This document shows, piece by piece, positions 33,769 to 43,411 of a DNA stretch of 64,000 nt (position 1 is the first letter of the stretch; each line of letters begins with the position of its first letter). The position numbers were made by a program, and so were the translations under genes. The notes under the pieces were generated by a model. The model saw only the letters and a program-made list of their open reading frames with translations. It searched no databases and had not been told where the DNA came from. The stretch is from Alphaproteobacteria bacterium (GTDB taxonomy: Bacteria > Pseudomonadota > Alphaproteobacteria > MPNO01): NCBI GenBank assembly GCA_964291675.2, contig OZ219865.1, positions 480,001-544,000 on the forward strand, read 5' to 3'.

Positions 33769-34614
33769 TCAATCCGACACGATCTTGGCGTCGCTCCGGC
33801 TGCGTGCCGTCACGGCGGGCAGGAGGCTGCGCGCCCGGGCGATGTCGGCGAAGGGGCCGAGCAGGACGCGGTAGAGCAGCGGTGCGCCGCGCGGCGCGAC
33901 CACAGCCCGGCCGAGCGGCGCGAGCGACTCCTTCAGCCTGTCCGCGTTCTCCGGGTCGAGGAAGGCGCCGGCCTGGATATACACCCGACCGCCCGGCGCG
34001 CCGGGCGCCGGCAGGGCGGCCGTCTCGACGGGGCCGATGCGCCCCGGAAGCGGCTCGAACACCACCCCGTCCGCCGGCACCGCCGCGGCGGCGGCGGGCG
34101 GCGTCCGCTTGGCGATCTCCACGGCCCGGCGGCTCTCTTCGCGCATGATCTTCACCCGGACGTTGGCCGTGCCCTTGTAGCGGAAGCCGAGGAGCTGCGC
34201 GCCGCGGCGCGACATGTCGATGATGCGCCCGCGCACGAACGGGCCGCGGTCGTTGACCCGGACGGCGAGCGAACGCCCGTTCTCCAGGTTGACGACGCGC
34301 ACCATCGAGGGCATCGGCAGCGTCCGATGCGCGGCCGAGACGGCGTTCATGTCGAAGAACTCACCGTTGGCGGTGCGCTGGCCGTGGAATTTCGGCCCGT
34401 ACCAGGACGCGATGCCGATCTCGTCGTAGTCCTCGTCGACCGCCGGGCGATAGACGATCCCGTCGATGTCGTAGGGCTCGCCGACCTTGTAGGTGCCTTC
34501 CTGCGGCGGCGGCGGCGCGACGTCGACCGTCTTGCGCTCGCCGCTGCCGCAGGCGGATACGGCAAGGGCCGCCGCCACGACCGGCACGGAGATCCGCAGG
34601 CCGGCAGGGTCCAT
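33769..34614 (-). CDS. rlpA: Septal ring lytic transglycosylase RlpA (lipoprotein, SPOR domain)
   Basis: Lipobox VSAC, YKVGEPY, ASWYG, AAHRTLP, VNDRGPF, C-terminal SPOR (IQAGAF). Confidence 0.93.
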   Translation of the reverse strand: MDPAGLRISVPVVAAALAVSACGSGERKTVDVAPPPPQEGTYKVGEPYDIDGIVYRPAVDEDYDEIGIASWYGPKFHGQRTANGEFFDMNAVSAAHRTLPMPSMVRVVNLENGRSLAVRVNDRGPFVRGRIIDMSRRGAQLLGFRYKGTANVRVKIMREESRRAVEIAKRTPPAAAAAVPADGVVFEPLPGRIGPVETAALPAPGAPGGRVYIQAGAFLDPENADRLKESLAPLGRAVVAPRGAPLLYRVLLGPFADIARARSLLPAVTARSRSDAKIVSD

Positions 34615-34620
34615 CGCCCG

Positions 34621-35607
34621 TCAGCCGCCCGCGATGCGGTCGGCCAGGGTGCCAACCGCGGTCGCGAACAGGTTGGAACGGTTCCACCTGAGGATCGCGC
34701 GGAAATTGTCGTAGACCACGTAGGGCGGCCCGTTCGCCCCGCCCGGCAGCAGGATCGAGGAGCGCAGATTGCGCCGCGGCAGGTCGCTGCCGTCCGGCCG
34801 GCGCACGCCGAGCCGCTGCCAGTCGTTGAGCCCCTTGCGGGTCTTGAGCCCGGCCAGCGACCGGTCGAAGCCTTCCGGCAGCCGCACCCGGCGGCCCCAG
34901 GTCTGGTCGCCGCGCCAGCCCACCTTGCTGAGATAGTTGGCGCTCGAGGCGAAGATGTCGGCATGGGTGCCCCAGATGTCGCGCCGGCCGTCGCCGTCGT
35001 AATCCACCGCGTAGCGCAGGAAAGACGACGGCATGAACTGGTTCTGCCCCATCGCGCCGGCCCAGGAGCCCATCATCGCCCGGGCCGCGATATGGCCCTG
35101 GTCGACGATGGTGAGCGCGTTGAACAGCTCCTTGCGGAAATAGGCCGAACGCCGCCCGTCGAAGGCCAGCGAGGCGAGCGCCTGGATGACCGGGAAGCCG
35201 CCGAGATGGCGCCCGAAATCGGTCTCGATCCCCCACAGCGCGACCAGGAAGCGGGGCTGCACCCTGTACCTCGCCGAGACCTCGCGCAGCAGGTCCCGGT
35301 GCCGGGCGAGCCGCGCCCTGCCCTTGTCGACCCGCGCCTTCGACACCACCCGCGCGAGGTACCGGTCGAGCGTGAGCTTGAACTCCGGCTGCCTGCGGTC
35401 GAGCTCGACCACCCGCGCGATCGGGCGGATGTCCGACAGCGCGGAGACGATCGTCGCCTCCTTGAGGCCGCGCTCGCGCGCCTCCTTGCGAACGCCTTCG
35501 AGCCAGGCGTCGAAACCGCTCGCGGCGGCGGGCGCGCCGGCGAGCGCGAAGGCGGCGACAAGAACGCCGCAGGCGAGCTTCGGCCGCCGGTGGGGTCGAT
35601 CTGTCAT
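34621..35607 (-). CDS. mltB: Lytic murein transglycosylase B family
   Basis: Signal peptide, LDRRQPEF, WGIETDFG, GSWAGAMGQ.QFMP, DYDGDGRRDIW. Confidence 0.92.
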   Translation of the reverse strand: MTDRPHRRPKLACGVLVAAFALAGAPAAASGFDAWLEGVRKEARERGLKEATIVSALSDIRPIARVVELDRRQPEFKLTLDRYLARVVSKARVDKGRARLARHRDLLREVSARYRVQPRFLVALWGIETDFGRHLGGFPVIQALASLAFDGRRSAYFRKELFNALTIVDQGHIAARAMMGSWAGAMGQNQFMPSSFLRYAVDYDGDGRRDIWGTHADIFASSANYLSKVGWRGDQTWGRRVRLPEGFDRSLAGLKTRKGLNDWQRLGVRRPDGSDLPRRNLRSSILLPGGANGPPYVVYDNFRAILRWNRSNLFATAVGTLADRIAGG

Positions 35608-35745
35608 CGGCTCCTCTCCGCATCCTCGACCGGGCCGGGAGCTCGTTAGTGCCACAGCTTCGGACGACTCGGCAACGAAGATCGCCCGGCTCAGGCCCAG
35701 AGCCAGTCCAGCTCGGAGAAGGCGAGCTTGCGGTCGACATTCGCG

Positions 35746-35783
35746 GATCGTGTCCCGCCGCGCGGTGCAAGGGCCCGGCGCCG
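35746..35783 (-). mobile_element. Isolated IS256 right-end scar
   Basis: Reverse complement closely matches 51741-51778, the right end of the intact IS256. Confidence 0.7.
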
Positions 35784-35790
35784 CTCGCGC

Positions 35791-37122
35791 TCAGGACGAC
35801 CTCGCCGAGCTCTTCCTTCGACCTGAGTTCGGCCGCGGCTCGCCGCCCGGGCCGGGAACGAATTGCCGTTCCTGCAGACGGGACAACAGGCGCTCGCGAA
35901 GCCGAACGCTGTGCTCGGCATCGCCCGATTCCTCCCCGCGCGGCAGCGCGTCCGGATGCCGGGCGGGATCGTCCGCCGTTGCGAGTTCGTGCAGGTTCTC
36001 GGCGATCATGCCCGCCGCCGCGTCGATCAGCTCGTCGTTGTACCGCCCCGGCAGCAGGTTCCGGCGGTCTTCGTCGGTCTTCCACGGCGCGTTCAGGATG
36101 CCGGCGACCGGGCTCGCGGTCCCGGTCGGGAAGAACGCCCAGAACCGTCCGGGCTCGTCCAGACGGTCCAGCGGGACGGCCCAGCGGATCGGCACCTCGC
36201 CGCCCTCGTCGTGCGGCGGCCGGTCGCTGCGCGCTTCGGCGGAAAGGCGATGGGCGGTGTCGAACCGCCGCCAGCGGGAGAACCCTTCCCCGGTATCGAG
36301 ACGAAGCTCACCCCGCCACTTCTCCAGAACGAACTCGCGGGCGGCCTCCACCTTGTCGAGGGTAAGGTAACGGACGCCGTCGACCAGCAGGAGGAACTCC
36401 GGCGGGAAGCTCGCAATCTGCGCTTCGAGGCTCTTGTGGGCGCCGGGCTTCAGAGGCAGGCGGACGATGTTCGTCGCCCAGCTCATGAATTCGCGCAACT
36501 CCTCGTCCGTGTCCCTCGCCTCGTGGGGGTCGATGGGCTCGGGCAAACTCAGCACCGGGTAGCGCTCGGCGGGCGCGATTTCCGCTATGCGCTCGGCCGA
36601 GCGGGCTCCGTCGCAACGGAACGAGACCGGGCGGCTGTAAAACTCGGGCGCATCGCTCACGCGCAGGACGGACTTGAAACCGGGGCCGAACCTGCCGATC
36701 GCGCCGGTGTTTCGCTTGCTCGACATGCGGGAGAACATGAGCCCGTCGATACCACGCTCGTCGATTGGGTTTCCGTTGTCGGCGCAGTAGAGGAAGCCTT
36801 CCGTCAAGCGAATCAGGATGCTCTTGCCCTTCGGCGCCCCGCGCAAGGCGTCCGCGCTGTTCTGCGCGAGCTCGAACAGCTGGCGATGGGCATACCCGCC
36901 ATGGGCCGTGTCGTGCTCTTCGTTTGCGTCCCGGGCGATGAGCTCGGGCTGCGCGCGGTATGCGTCGAGGGTCTTTTCGGCTGCTTCGGCAACGAACCTG
37001 GCGAGCGGACCCCCGGAGCCACTCCAGTCGGGTTGCCCGCCGGAAGTCGGAAAGCGTGACTTGGCATTCGCGCGGAAGAACTTGCCGCGCTCGCTATTCG
37101 AGAAATCGTATTCTTGCTTCAT
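35791..37122 (-). CDS. Antitoxin-like N-terminal peptide fused to sacsin-type GHKL ATPase domain; probably 3'-truncated
   Basis: MKQEYDFSNSERGKFFR N-terminus; LFELAQNSADA, ADNGNP, IGRFGPGFKSV GHKL boxes; FFPT..LNAPWKTDEDRR; ends beside an IS256 end. Confidence 0.72.
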   Translation of the reverse strand: MKQEYDFSNSERGKFFRANAKSRFPTSGGQPDWSGSGGPLARFVAEAAEKTLDAYRAQPELIARDANEEHDTAHGGYAHRQLFELAQNSADALRGAPKGKSILIRLTEGFLYCADNGNPIDERGIDGLMFSRMSSKRNTGAIGRFGPGFKSVLRVSDAPEFYSRPVSFRCDGARSAERIAEIAPAERYPVLSLPEPIDPHEARDTDEELREFMSWATNIVRLPLKPGAHKSLEAQIASFPPEFLLLVDGVRYLTLDKVEAAREFVLEKWRGELRLDTGEGFSRWRRFDTAHRLSAEARSDRPPHDEGGEVPIRWAVPLDRLDEPGRFWAFFPTGTASPVAGILNAPWKTDEDRRNLLPGRYNDELIDAAAGMIAENLHELATADDPARHPDALPRGEESGDAEHSVRLRERLLSRLQERQFVPGPGGEPRPNSGRRKSSARSS

Positions 37123-37418
37123 TCTCCAGACTCGTAGTGGCGCCGCTCCTCAGGGGTTGCGGAACGGGCCGAAATGAGCCGCACCGAGTCCTCGCCCTCG
37201 TCGGTCACCCGATCCGTATGGCATACGACCAGCAGCCTGCCGTCCGGGGTGCAGCCCATGGTTATCCAGCGCTGTTCGAACTGGCTGTGTTCTTCATCGG
37301 CGATCGTCCGCCTGAACGGATCCCAAAAGACTGTCCGCGCATCCTCGAATTCGATCCCGTGCTTGCGGCGGTTGTCCGCCGCCTTGGCGGGGTCCCACTC
37401 GAACTCGAACTCGAACAT
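37119..37418 (-). CDS. brnT: BrnT family ribonuclease toxin
   Basis: FEWDPAKA..N..KHGIEFEDA, HS..E.RW..MG, RLISARSAT..ERRHY. Confidence 0.92.
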   Translation of the reverse strand: MFEFEFEWDPAKAADNRRKHGIEFEDARTVFWDPFRRTIADEEHSQFEQRWITMGCTPDGRLLVVCHTDRVTDEGEDSVRLISARSATPEERRHYESGE

Positions 37419-37635
37419 GCGACGCCGCTCCTGCCCCGCCCGGATCGGCCCATGAGTCCGTGGCCGGGGCGATCAACCGGGCTGAATACACGCGGACTCG
37501 AAGGAAACCCCGGTATCGGCATTGCGGGATGTGGCGTTCGGTGGCCCCTGTCGCATATCCGAGCCTAGCACAGTTCCATGTGACTTTGATATGACGTCGC
37601 CCCCGGCGCTGGCCAGCGCCATCGTCCGGCTCTAT

Positions 37636-39516
37636 ATGAGCGCGCATGCGCAACATGCAATCCGACCGGACGTGACGGAGGCGGCGCGCAGCGGGGCGGG
37701 CCGCAAGCTGGAGGACGGGTTCGAGTGGCGCGCGCTGGCCGCGCTGCTGCCCTATCTCTGGCCGCGCGGCGAGCTCGAGATCAAGCTGCGGGTGGCGGCG
37801 GCGCTTGCTTTGCTGGCGCTCGCCAAGCTCGCCACGGTCTACATACCGGTGCTCTACAAGCAGGCCGTCGACATTCTCGGCGGCGAGGCCGGGGCGGCGG
37901 TGGCGGTGCCGGTCGGCGTGATCGTCGGCTACGGGATCGCCCGGCTGCTGGCGACCGCCTTCGGCGAGCTGCGCGACGCGGTGTTCGCCAAGGTCGGCCA
38001 GCGCGCGATCCGCCGGGTCGCGCTCGCCACCTTCCGCCATCTGCACGGGCTCGCGCTCCGCTTCCATCTGGAGCGCCAGACCGGCGGGCTGTCGCGCGCC
38101 ATCGAGCGCGGCACCAAGGCGATCGACTTCCTGCTGCGCTTCGCCCTGTTCCACATCATCCCGACCCTGCTCGAGCTCGCCATGGTCTGCGGCATATTGT
38201 GGACCCTGTTCAATGTCTGGTTCGCGCTGGTGACCCTGGTCACCATCGTCGGCTTCGTCGCCTACACGATGGTCGTCACCGAGTGGCGCCTGAAGTACCG
38301 AAGGCGCATGAACGAGACCGACCAGGAGGCGAACACGCGGGCGATCGACAGCCTGCTCAACTACGAGACCGTCAAGTATTTCGGCAACGAGGCCTACGAG
38401 GCGCGCCGCTTCGATGCCGCGCTCAGGCGCTACGAGCGGGCGGCGGTGACCAGCAACGCCTCGCTGTCGCTGCTCAATATCGGCCAGGCGGTGATCGTCG
38501 GCTCCGGGCTCGCCGCGATCATGCTCATGGCGGGCTACGGCGTCGCCGGCGGCACCATGACCGTGGGCGATTTCGTCATGGTCAACACCTATTTGATCCA
38601 GCTCTATCTGCCGCTCAACTATCTCGGCTTCGTCTACCGCGAGATCAAGCAGTCGCTGACCGACATGGAGGCGATGTTCTACCTGCTCGGCGTCGCGCCC
38701 GAGGTCGAGGACGCGCCCGGCGCGAAGCCGCTCGCCGACGGCCCGGGCGAGATCGTCTTCGCCGGGGTCTCGTTCGCCTACGACCCCCGGCGCCGCATCC
38801 TGCACGACGTGAGCTTCGCCGTGCCGGCCGGGCGCCGCACGGCGATCGTCGGCCCGACCGGCGCCGGCAAGTCGACGCTGTCGCGCCTGCTCTACCGGTT
38901 CTACGACGCGACCGAGGGCGCGATCGCCATCGACGGCCAGGACATCCGCAGCGTCACCCAGGCCAGCGTCCGCGCGGCGATCGGGATCGTCCCGCAGGAC
39001 ACCGTGCTGTTCAACGACACCGTCTACTACAACATCGCCTACGGGCGGCCGGACGCGACGCCGACGGACGTCGAGGCGGCGGCGCGGAGCGCGGCGATCC
39101 ACGACCAGATCATGGCGATGCCGGACGGCTACCAGACCGTGGTCGGCGAGCGCGGCCTAAAACTGTCGGGCGGCGAGAAGCAGCGCGTGGCGATCGCGCG
39201 GACCATCCTCAAGCGGCCCCGCATCCTGATGTTCGACGAGGCCACCTCGGCGCTCGATACCCGCACCGAGCGCGAGATCCAGGTCGCGCTGAAGGAGATC
39301 TCGCGCAACCGCACGACGCTGGTGATCGCGCACCGGCTGTCCACCGTGGTCGACGCCGACGAGATCCTGGTGCTGGAGCACGGCCGTATCGTCGAGCGCG
39401 GCACCCACGCGGCATTGCTGGCGCAACACGGCACCTACGCGCAGATGTGGGCGCGCCAGCAGGAGGCGGGCGAGGCCGCGCCCGCGCCGGACGGCGGGGC
39501 GCGGCTGCCGGCGTGA
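37636..39516 (+). CDS. Atm1/HMT1-family ABC exporter (fused TMD-NBD)
   Basis: FHLERQTGGLSRAIERG, DSLLNYETVKYF, GPTGAGKST, LSGGEKQR, DEATSALD; start uncertain. Confidence 0.93.
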   Translation: MSAHAQHAIRPDVTEAARSGAGRKLEDGFEWRALAALLPYLWPRGELEIKLRVAAALALLALAKLATVYIPVLYKQAVDILGGEAGAAVAVPVGVIVGYGIARLLATAFGELRDAVFAKVGQRAIRRVALATFRHLHGLALRFHLERQTGGLSRAIERGTKAIDFLLRFALFHIIPTLLELAMVCGILWTLFNVWFALVTLVTIVGFVAYTMVVTEWRLKYRRRMNETDQEANTRAIDSLLNYETVKYFGNEAYEARRFDAALRRYERAAVTSNASLSLLNIGQAVIVGSGLAAIMLMAGYGVAGGTMTVGDFVMVNTYLIQLYLPLNYLGFVYREIKQSLTDMEAMFYLLGVAPEVEDAPGAKPLADGPGEIVFAGVSFAYDPRRRILHDVSFAVPAGRRTAIVGPTGAGKSTLSRLLYRFYDATEGAIAIDGQDIRSVTQASVRAAIGIVPQDTVLFNDTVYYNIAYGRPDATPTDVEAAARSAAIHDQIMAMPDGYQTVVGERGLKLSGGEKQRVAIARTILKRPRILMFDEATSALDTRTEREIQVALKEISRNRTTLVIAHRLSTVVDADEILVLEHGRIVERGTHAALLAQHGTYAQMWARQQEAGEAAPAPDGGARLPA

Positions 39517-39673
39517 TCGGCGGCCGGGCCGTTCCGGATGCAACCGACGGGGAGCGGCGTCCCTCGATACGCCTCCGCGCCCCCACCGTCATGCCCGGCC
39601 TCCGCCTCGACCGTCGAACGGCATCGAAGCTCGGCCCGCGACCGGAGTGGGCCGGACTTCCGTCGCGCCGCGC

Positions 39674-39997
39674 CTAAAACTGCGATACGTAACGCAGCGG
39701 GTCGCAGGCGTTGACGGCCTCTCGCCGCTTGTAGAACTCGACGAGGGTGGCGATCTCGGCCAGCGACAGCGACATCAGGTAGAGCCGGTGTGCTTCGATC
39801 GGCATGTCGCCGCCGAAATCGTCTTCCAGATAGGCGAGGATGTCGTCGATCCGCCGTATCATCGCATCGTAAAAGGCACGGATTTCGTCCATCGAGGCCG
39901 CCGCCCTCTTCTCGGTCCGGGCGCGCTCCGGCTCCAGCGCCCAGTCCGCAAACGGTGCCAGCTCCCCGAATGCCTCGGGCAATGGCGGCTCATTCAT
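39674..39997 (-). CDS. Small hypothetical protein downstream of the Rieske oxygenase
   Basis: 107-aa ORF with protein-like composition (LP..F..L.PF.DWAL, SMDEIRAFYDAM), AGCGCAGG upstream, co-oriented with the oxygenase. Confidence 0.7.
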   Translation of the reverse strand: MNEPPLPEAFGELAPFADWALEPERARTEKRAAASMDEIRAFYDAMIRRIDDILAYLEDDFGGDMPIEAHRLYLMSLSLAEIATLVEFYKRREAVNACDPLRYVSQF

Positions 39998-40030
39998 CGC
40001 CTGCGCTCCGCCGCCTCCCGGCCGGACCGT

Positions 40031-41209
40031 TCATGCGCATCGACCGTACCCGGCATAATCGGCCAGGACCTTGTGGAAATGACGGATCGGCAGCTCGTCG
40101 TCCTGAAGGATGAGGTGGCTCCGCACACGGGAGGCAATGCCCGCCTGGATGCTCTCGTGTGCCAGCGTATCCTCCTGAAGCGTATCCCGAATAAAACACT
40201 TGAAGAATTCCTGCTGGAGCCGTTCGCGCCGGGTTGCCGGCGCGCTGAAATGCATCCGAATCTCCCAGACCGTGCGGTCGACCGCGACCGGCCACAACAT
40301 GTATGTGATGCACCCCATCCAGCGACCGACCTTGAACAGCGAAAGAATGCCGTTGGGGAAAAGCAGATAGTGGTCAAGGTCGCCAATCATGTCCGGAACC
40401 TGGAAATCCCCGGCGGCATCGCCGCCGTGAAAGAGGGCGATTTTCAGCGGTGTCAGCTTTTGGAAGGACCGGTAATCGCACGACCAGAAGCTGTGATAGT
40501 CGAAAAGAACGAGCTCCTTGAAGTAGCAGTTCCCGGTATCGTCCTTCGCGAACGACTCGCCGAGCGTCCAGCGATGCTGATAGGGCAAGTGGTACACTTC
40601 GTTCTGGGCATCGAGCACGACCTTCCAGTTGGCGCGCTCCTCCACCCTGTAGACTTGGGACAGCTTCATTTCGTGGAACGGGCAGCCGTCGAGCCGGTCG
40701 GCGACGCCGCCGAGATAGTCCCGCAGCGTCTCGGCGGGGTCGGGGGCCAGATGAACGAAGATGAAGCCTTCCCAGAAGTCGGTATCGACCGGCGTCAAAC
40801 CGTGATCCCGCCGGTCCAGGCCGACGAAATTCTCTTCGTTCGGGACGCCGAACAGCTCGCCCGTGTCGCTGTACGCCCAGTTGTGGAGGCGGCAGAAGAG
40901 CGGGCCGCGGCAGGAGCCCCGTTCGTCCGCCACCAGCCGGTTGCTGCGATGGGAGCAGACATTGTGAAAGCCGCGCACGACGCCGTCCGAACCCCGGATG
41001 ACCAGTATCGAGGCGTGGCAAATGGCGATATCCCGGACGAAATAGTCGCCCGCATGGGGAATTTCCTCGACACGGCCGACCTGGAGCCATGACCTGCGGA
41101 AGACCCGCTCGCGCTCGAGGACGAAATGCTCTTCGGAAAGGTAGGGCTCGGTGGGCAGCGGATCGGTGCCCAGGTCCGGATATTTGTCGGACCACAGCTC
41201 CTGGCGCAT
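40031..41209 (-). CDS. Rieske non-heme iron oxygenase alpha subunit
   Basis: NVCSHR..CRLHNW Rieske ligands; ANWK..E.YH...H mononuclear-iron motif. Confidence 0.92.
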   Translation of the reverse strand: MRQELWSDKYPDLGTDPLPTEPYLSEEHFVLERERVFRRSWLQVGRVEEIPHAGDYFVRDIAICHASILVIRGSDGVVRGFHNVCSHRSNRLVADERGSCRGPLFCRLHNWAYSDTGELFGVPNEENFVGLDRRDHGLTPVDTDFWEGFIFVHLAPDPAETLRDYLGGVADRLDGCPFHEMKLSQVYRVEERANWKVVLDAQNEVYHLPYQHRWTLGESFAKDDTGNCYFKELVLFDYHSFWSCDYRSFQKLTPLKIALFHGGDAAGDFQVPDMIGDLDHYLLFPNGILSLFKVGRWMGCITYMLWPVAVDRTVWEIRMHFSAPATRRERLQQEFFKCFIRDTLQEDTLAHESIQAGIASRVRSHLILQDDELPIRHFHKVLADYAGYGRCA

Positions 41210-41371
41210 ACCTGTCTCCCTTGCCTGTTCTTCCGACAGTCGCGACGCTTCGTCCGCCCGGTCGACCGTCAGCCCGGCCACCTCTCCGGGACGAGCCGGT
41301 TCCCTGTCGCAGCCGTGGCTGCGCCGGCCCACCCGACGCATTCGATGCGCACCGTCAACTTGAGACCTCGT

Positions 41372-41610
41372 TCAATGGCCGCAGGCACAAGAGGATAGAC
41401 GCTGTCCTTGCCGAGGCGCCTCCCCAAGATCGGGGAGATTCGTGAACAATTTCCGGCGGTGTTCAGGGAAGCCGGCGATGCAGATGGGCGAGGAAGAGCG
41501 ACGCCCGAGGCGGTGGCCGGCCGAGCGGAACGCCCGCGGCGAATTGCCTTTGCCGAAACCGTAGACCGCGAAACCGCCTTCCCGGAACCGCTGCGCAAGC
41601 CGGTTGGTGT
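41372..41610 (-). pseudogene. NYN/LabA-domain gene fragment
   Basis: LAQRFREGGFAVYGFGKGNSPRAFRSA resembles the NYN C-terminal motif; no 5' part, IS256 end nearby. Confidence 0.45.
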
Positions 41611-41731
41611 CCCGTGGTCTCTTCGGTCCGGTCATGGCCGGACCATGGCCATTGCCGTCCGGTTCGGATGGGCCGGGCGGGGAGCAAGCCCTCGGTACGG
41701 GCGGGACATCGGCGCATCCGCCGGGATCGGG

Positions 41732-41825
41732 CGTTGTGTCCCCAGACGTGGTGCAGGAGTTCTGGCCTTGGTTCGTAGCTGTGGGCAAGCAGCGCGCCGC
41801 CGCGACCGGCGCGAGTCCGGCGGCA
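41732..41825 (+). mobile_element. IS256 left-end remnant
   Basis: About 90 bp closely similar to 50329-50420 (GTGTCCCCAGACGTGGTG...CAGCGCGCCGCCGCGACC); no transposase. Confidence 0.85.
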
Positions 41826-41984
41826 TCGTCGCGCGGGCGATGAAAGCTTGATTCGCCGGCAAACGCACTGTTAGCTGCTGCGGCACCATAGGTGCGTGGA
41901 ATCCGGCCGAACGCGGCACTTCTTCCAGACAGTCGCCGCCTCGGTCGGTCCACCCTGTCGAACAGGCCGGTTACGGAGAATCCG

Positions 41985-42980
41985 ATGCTACCGAACCTCA
42001 AGGCAGCGGCGGCCCTTGCCGCTCTGGCGTTGATCGCGTTGACCGGCGGGGCTGCCGGAGCCCAGACGACCGCCGCCCAGGTCAGGGACGATGAAACCCT
42101 CAAGGCCTTCGTCGAAGGGGCGAAGGCGCGGATCGAGGCGATCACGGACATGAACGAAGGCGCGAAGCTCAGGGAGAGGCTGAGAACGGAGGGCGACTGG
42201 AAGTCGGGATCGATGTTCCTCGTCATCTTCCTCAAGAGCGGGGAGCCGTTCATCCACGGGAACGATCGCACGGCGGAAAGCAAGAACCTGCTCGGCGTCG
42301 AGGACGAACGCGGAGCCAAGGTGGTCGAGGAGCTCTTCGCGGCCGCCGCCCGGGGTGGCGGCTTCGTCAAGTACCAGGACGGCGGGTCGAAGACGGCATA
42401 CGCCGTCGAATACACGTCGGGGATCACCGCGAGACGATTCGTGCTGGTCGGCGGCTACGCGCAGGACGTCTCGCATGTCCCGGTCCGGATGGCGGATCTG
42501 CCGAAGCCGGCCGTCACCGCCTCGCAGGTCGTGGACCGCGAGACACTCATCGGCTTCGTTGAGCAAGCGACCGAGGCATACCGCAAAGCGGTCATGTCCG
42601 AAGGCTACCGCGCCCTCACCGGGGTCAGGAATGCCTTCCGGGCGGAAGGAGGGGACTGGAAATCGGGCTCCGTCTACCTGTGGGTCGTGAGTGGCGGGGG
42701 CATCATCCTGTTTCACGGATCGGAGCCGTTTCGCGAAGGCAGGCGCACGAATATGGAGAGGACGGACATCAACGGGGTGAAGTTCGCCGAGGAGCTGATC
42801 GGGGGTGCGCGGCGCGAAGGCCGAAAGTTCCTTCGCTATCACTACGACGACCCGACCGTCGAGGGAGACGAGGACACCGGCTCCCCGAAGCTCGGCTACG
42901 CGGTGAGCTTCCCGGCGCCCAACTCGGACCAGAGGGCCGTCATCGGCTCCGGCATATACCTCGGCAGGGACGACCGATGA
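41985..42980 (+). CDS. Secreted protein with two tandem Cache-like domains
   Basis: Signal peptide (AGA-Q); internal duplication TAAQVRDDETLKAFVE..GDWKSGS / TASQVVDRETLIGFVE..GDWKSGS; no further TM or output domain. Confidence 0.75.
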   Translation: MLPNLKAAAALAALALIALTGGAAGAQTTAAQVRDDETLKAFVEGAKARIEAITDMNEGAKLRERLRTEGDWKSGSMFLVIFLKSGEPFIHGNDRTAESKNLLGVEDERGAKVVEELFAAAARGGGFVKYQDGGSKTAYAVEYTSGITARRFVLVGGYAQDVSHVPVRMADLPKPAVTASQVVDRETLIGFVEQATEAYRKAVMSEGYRALTGVRNAFRAEGGDWKSGSVYLWVVSGGGIILFHGSEPFREGRRTNMERTDINGVKFAEELIGGARREGRKFLRYHYDDPTVEGDEDTGSPKLGYAVSFPAPNSDQRAVIGSGIYLGRDDR

Positions 42981-43411
42981 CCCCTGGCTTCGATTGCATG
43001 CATGTGCGGGGCCGGGGCGCGAGCGCCGGACTCTCGCGGGCTCGGTGCCGTTCGGTGCTGCCGTCCATGGCATGGACCTGAATCGCTCGAAGAACCCCAA
43101 CATGGCGTCAAGGGCGAAGGCGGCTCCAGCGGCTCGACGACGAAAAACGAACTCGCTTCGCCGACGATACAGCGGACTGTGCGAGCGACCCTCCCCTTCG
43201 GCGCCTCCACCTGCATCGAATTGTCACCTCGTGTCCCCATAGCGCCGCCCGGACGCCGCGCGCCGGTTCGGGGACTGTCTCCGCAAGTGCGCGGCGGGCG
43301 CTGCCGCTCAAGCGCCGCTCGGGCTGACTGCCGGTTGCACTTCGGCTTTCATCGCCCGACGGGTTGAGCGGTCAGGAAGCGGGTTGACGACGCCCTTCGG
43401 CGGTTTGCGTG

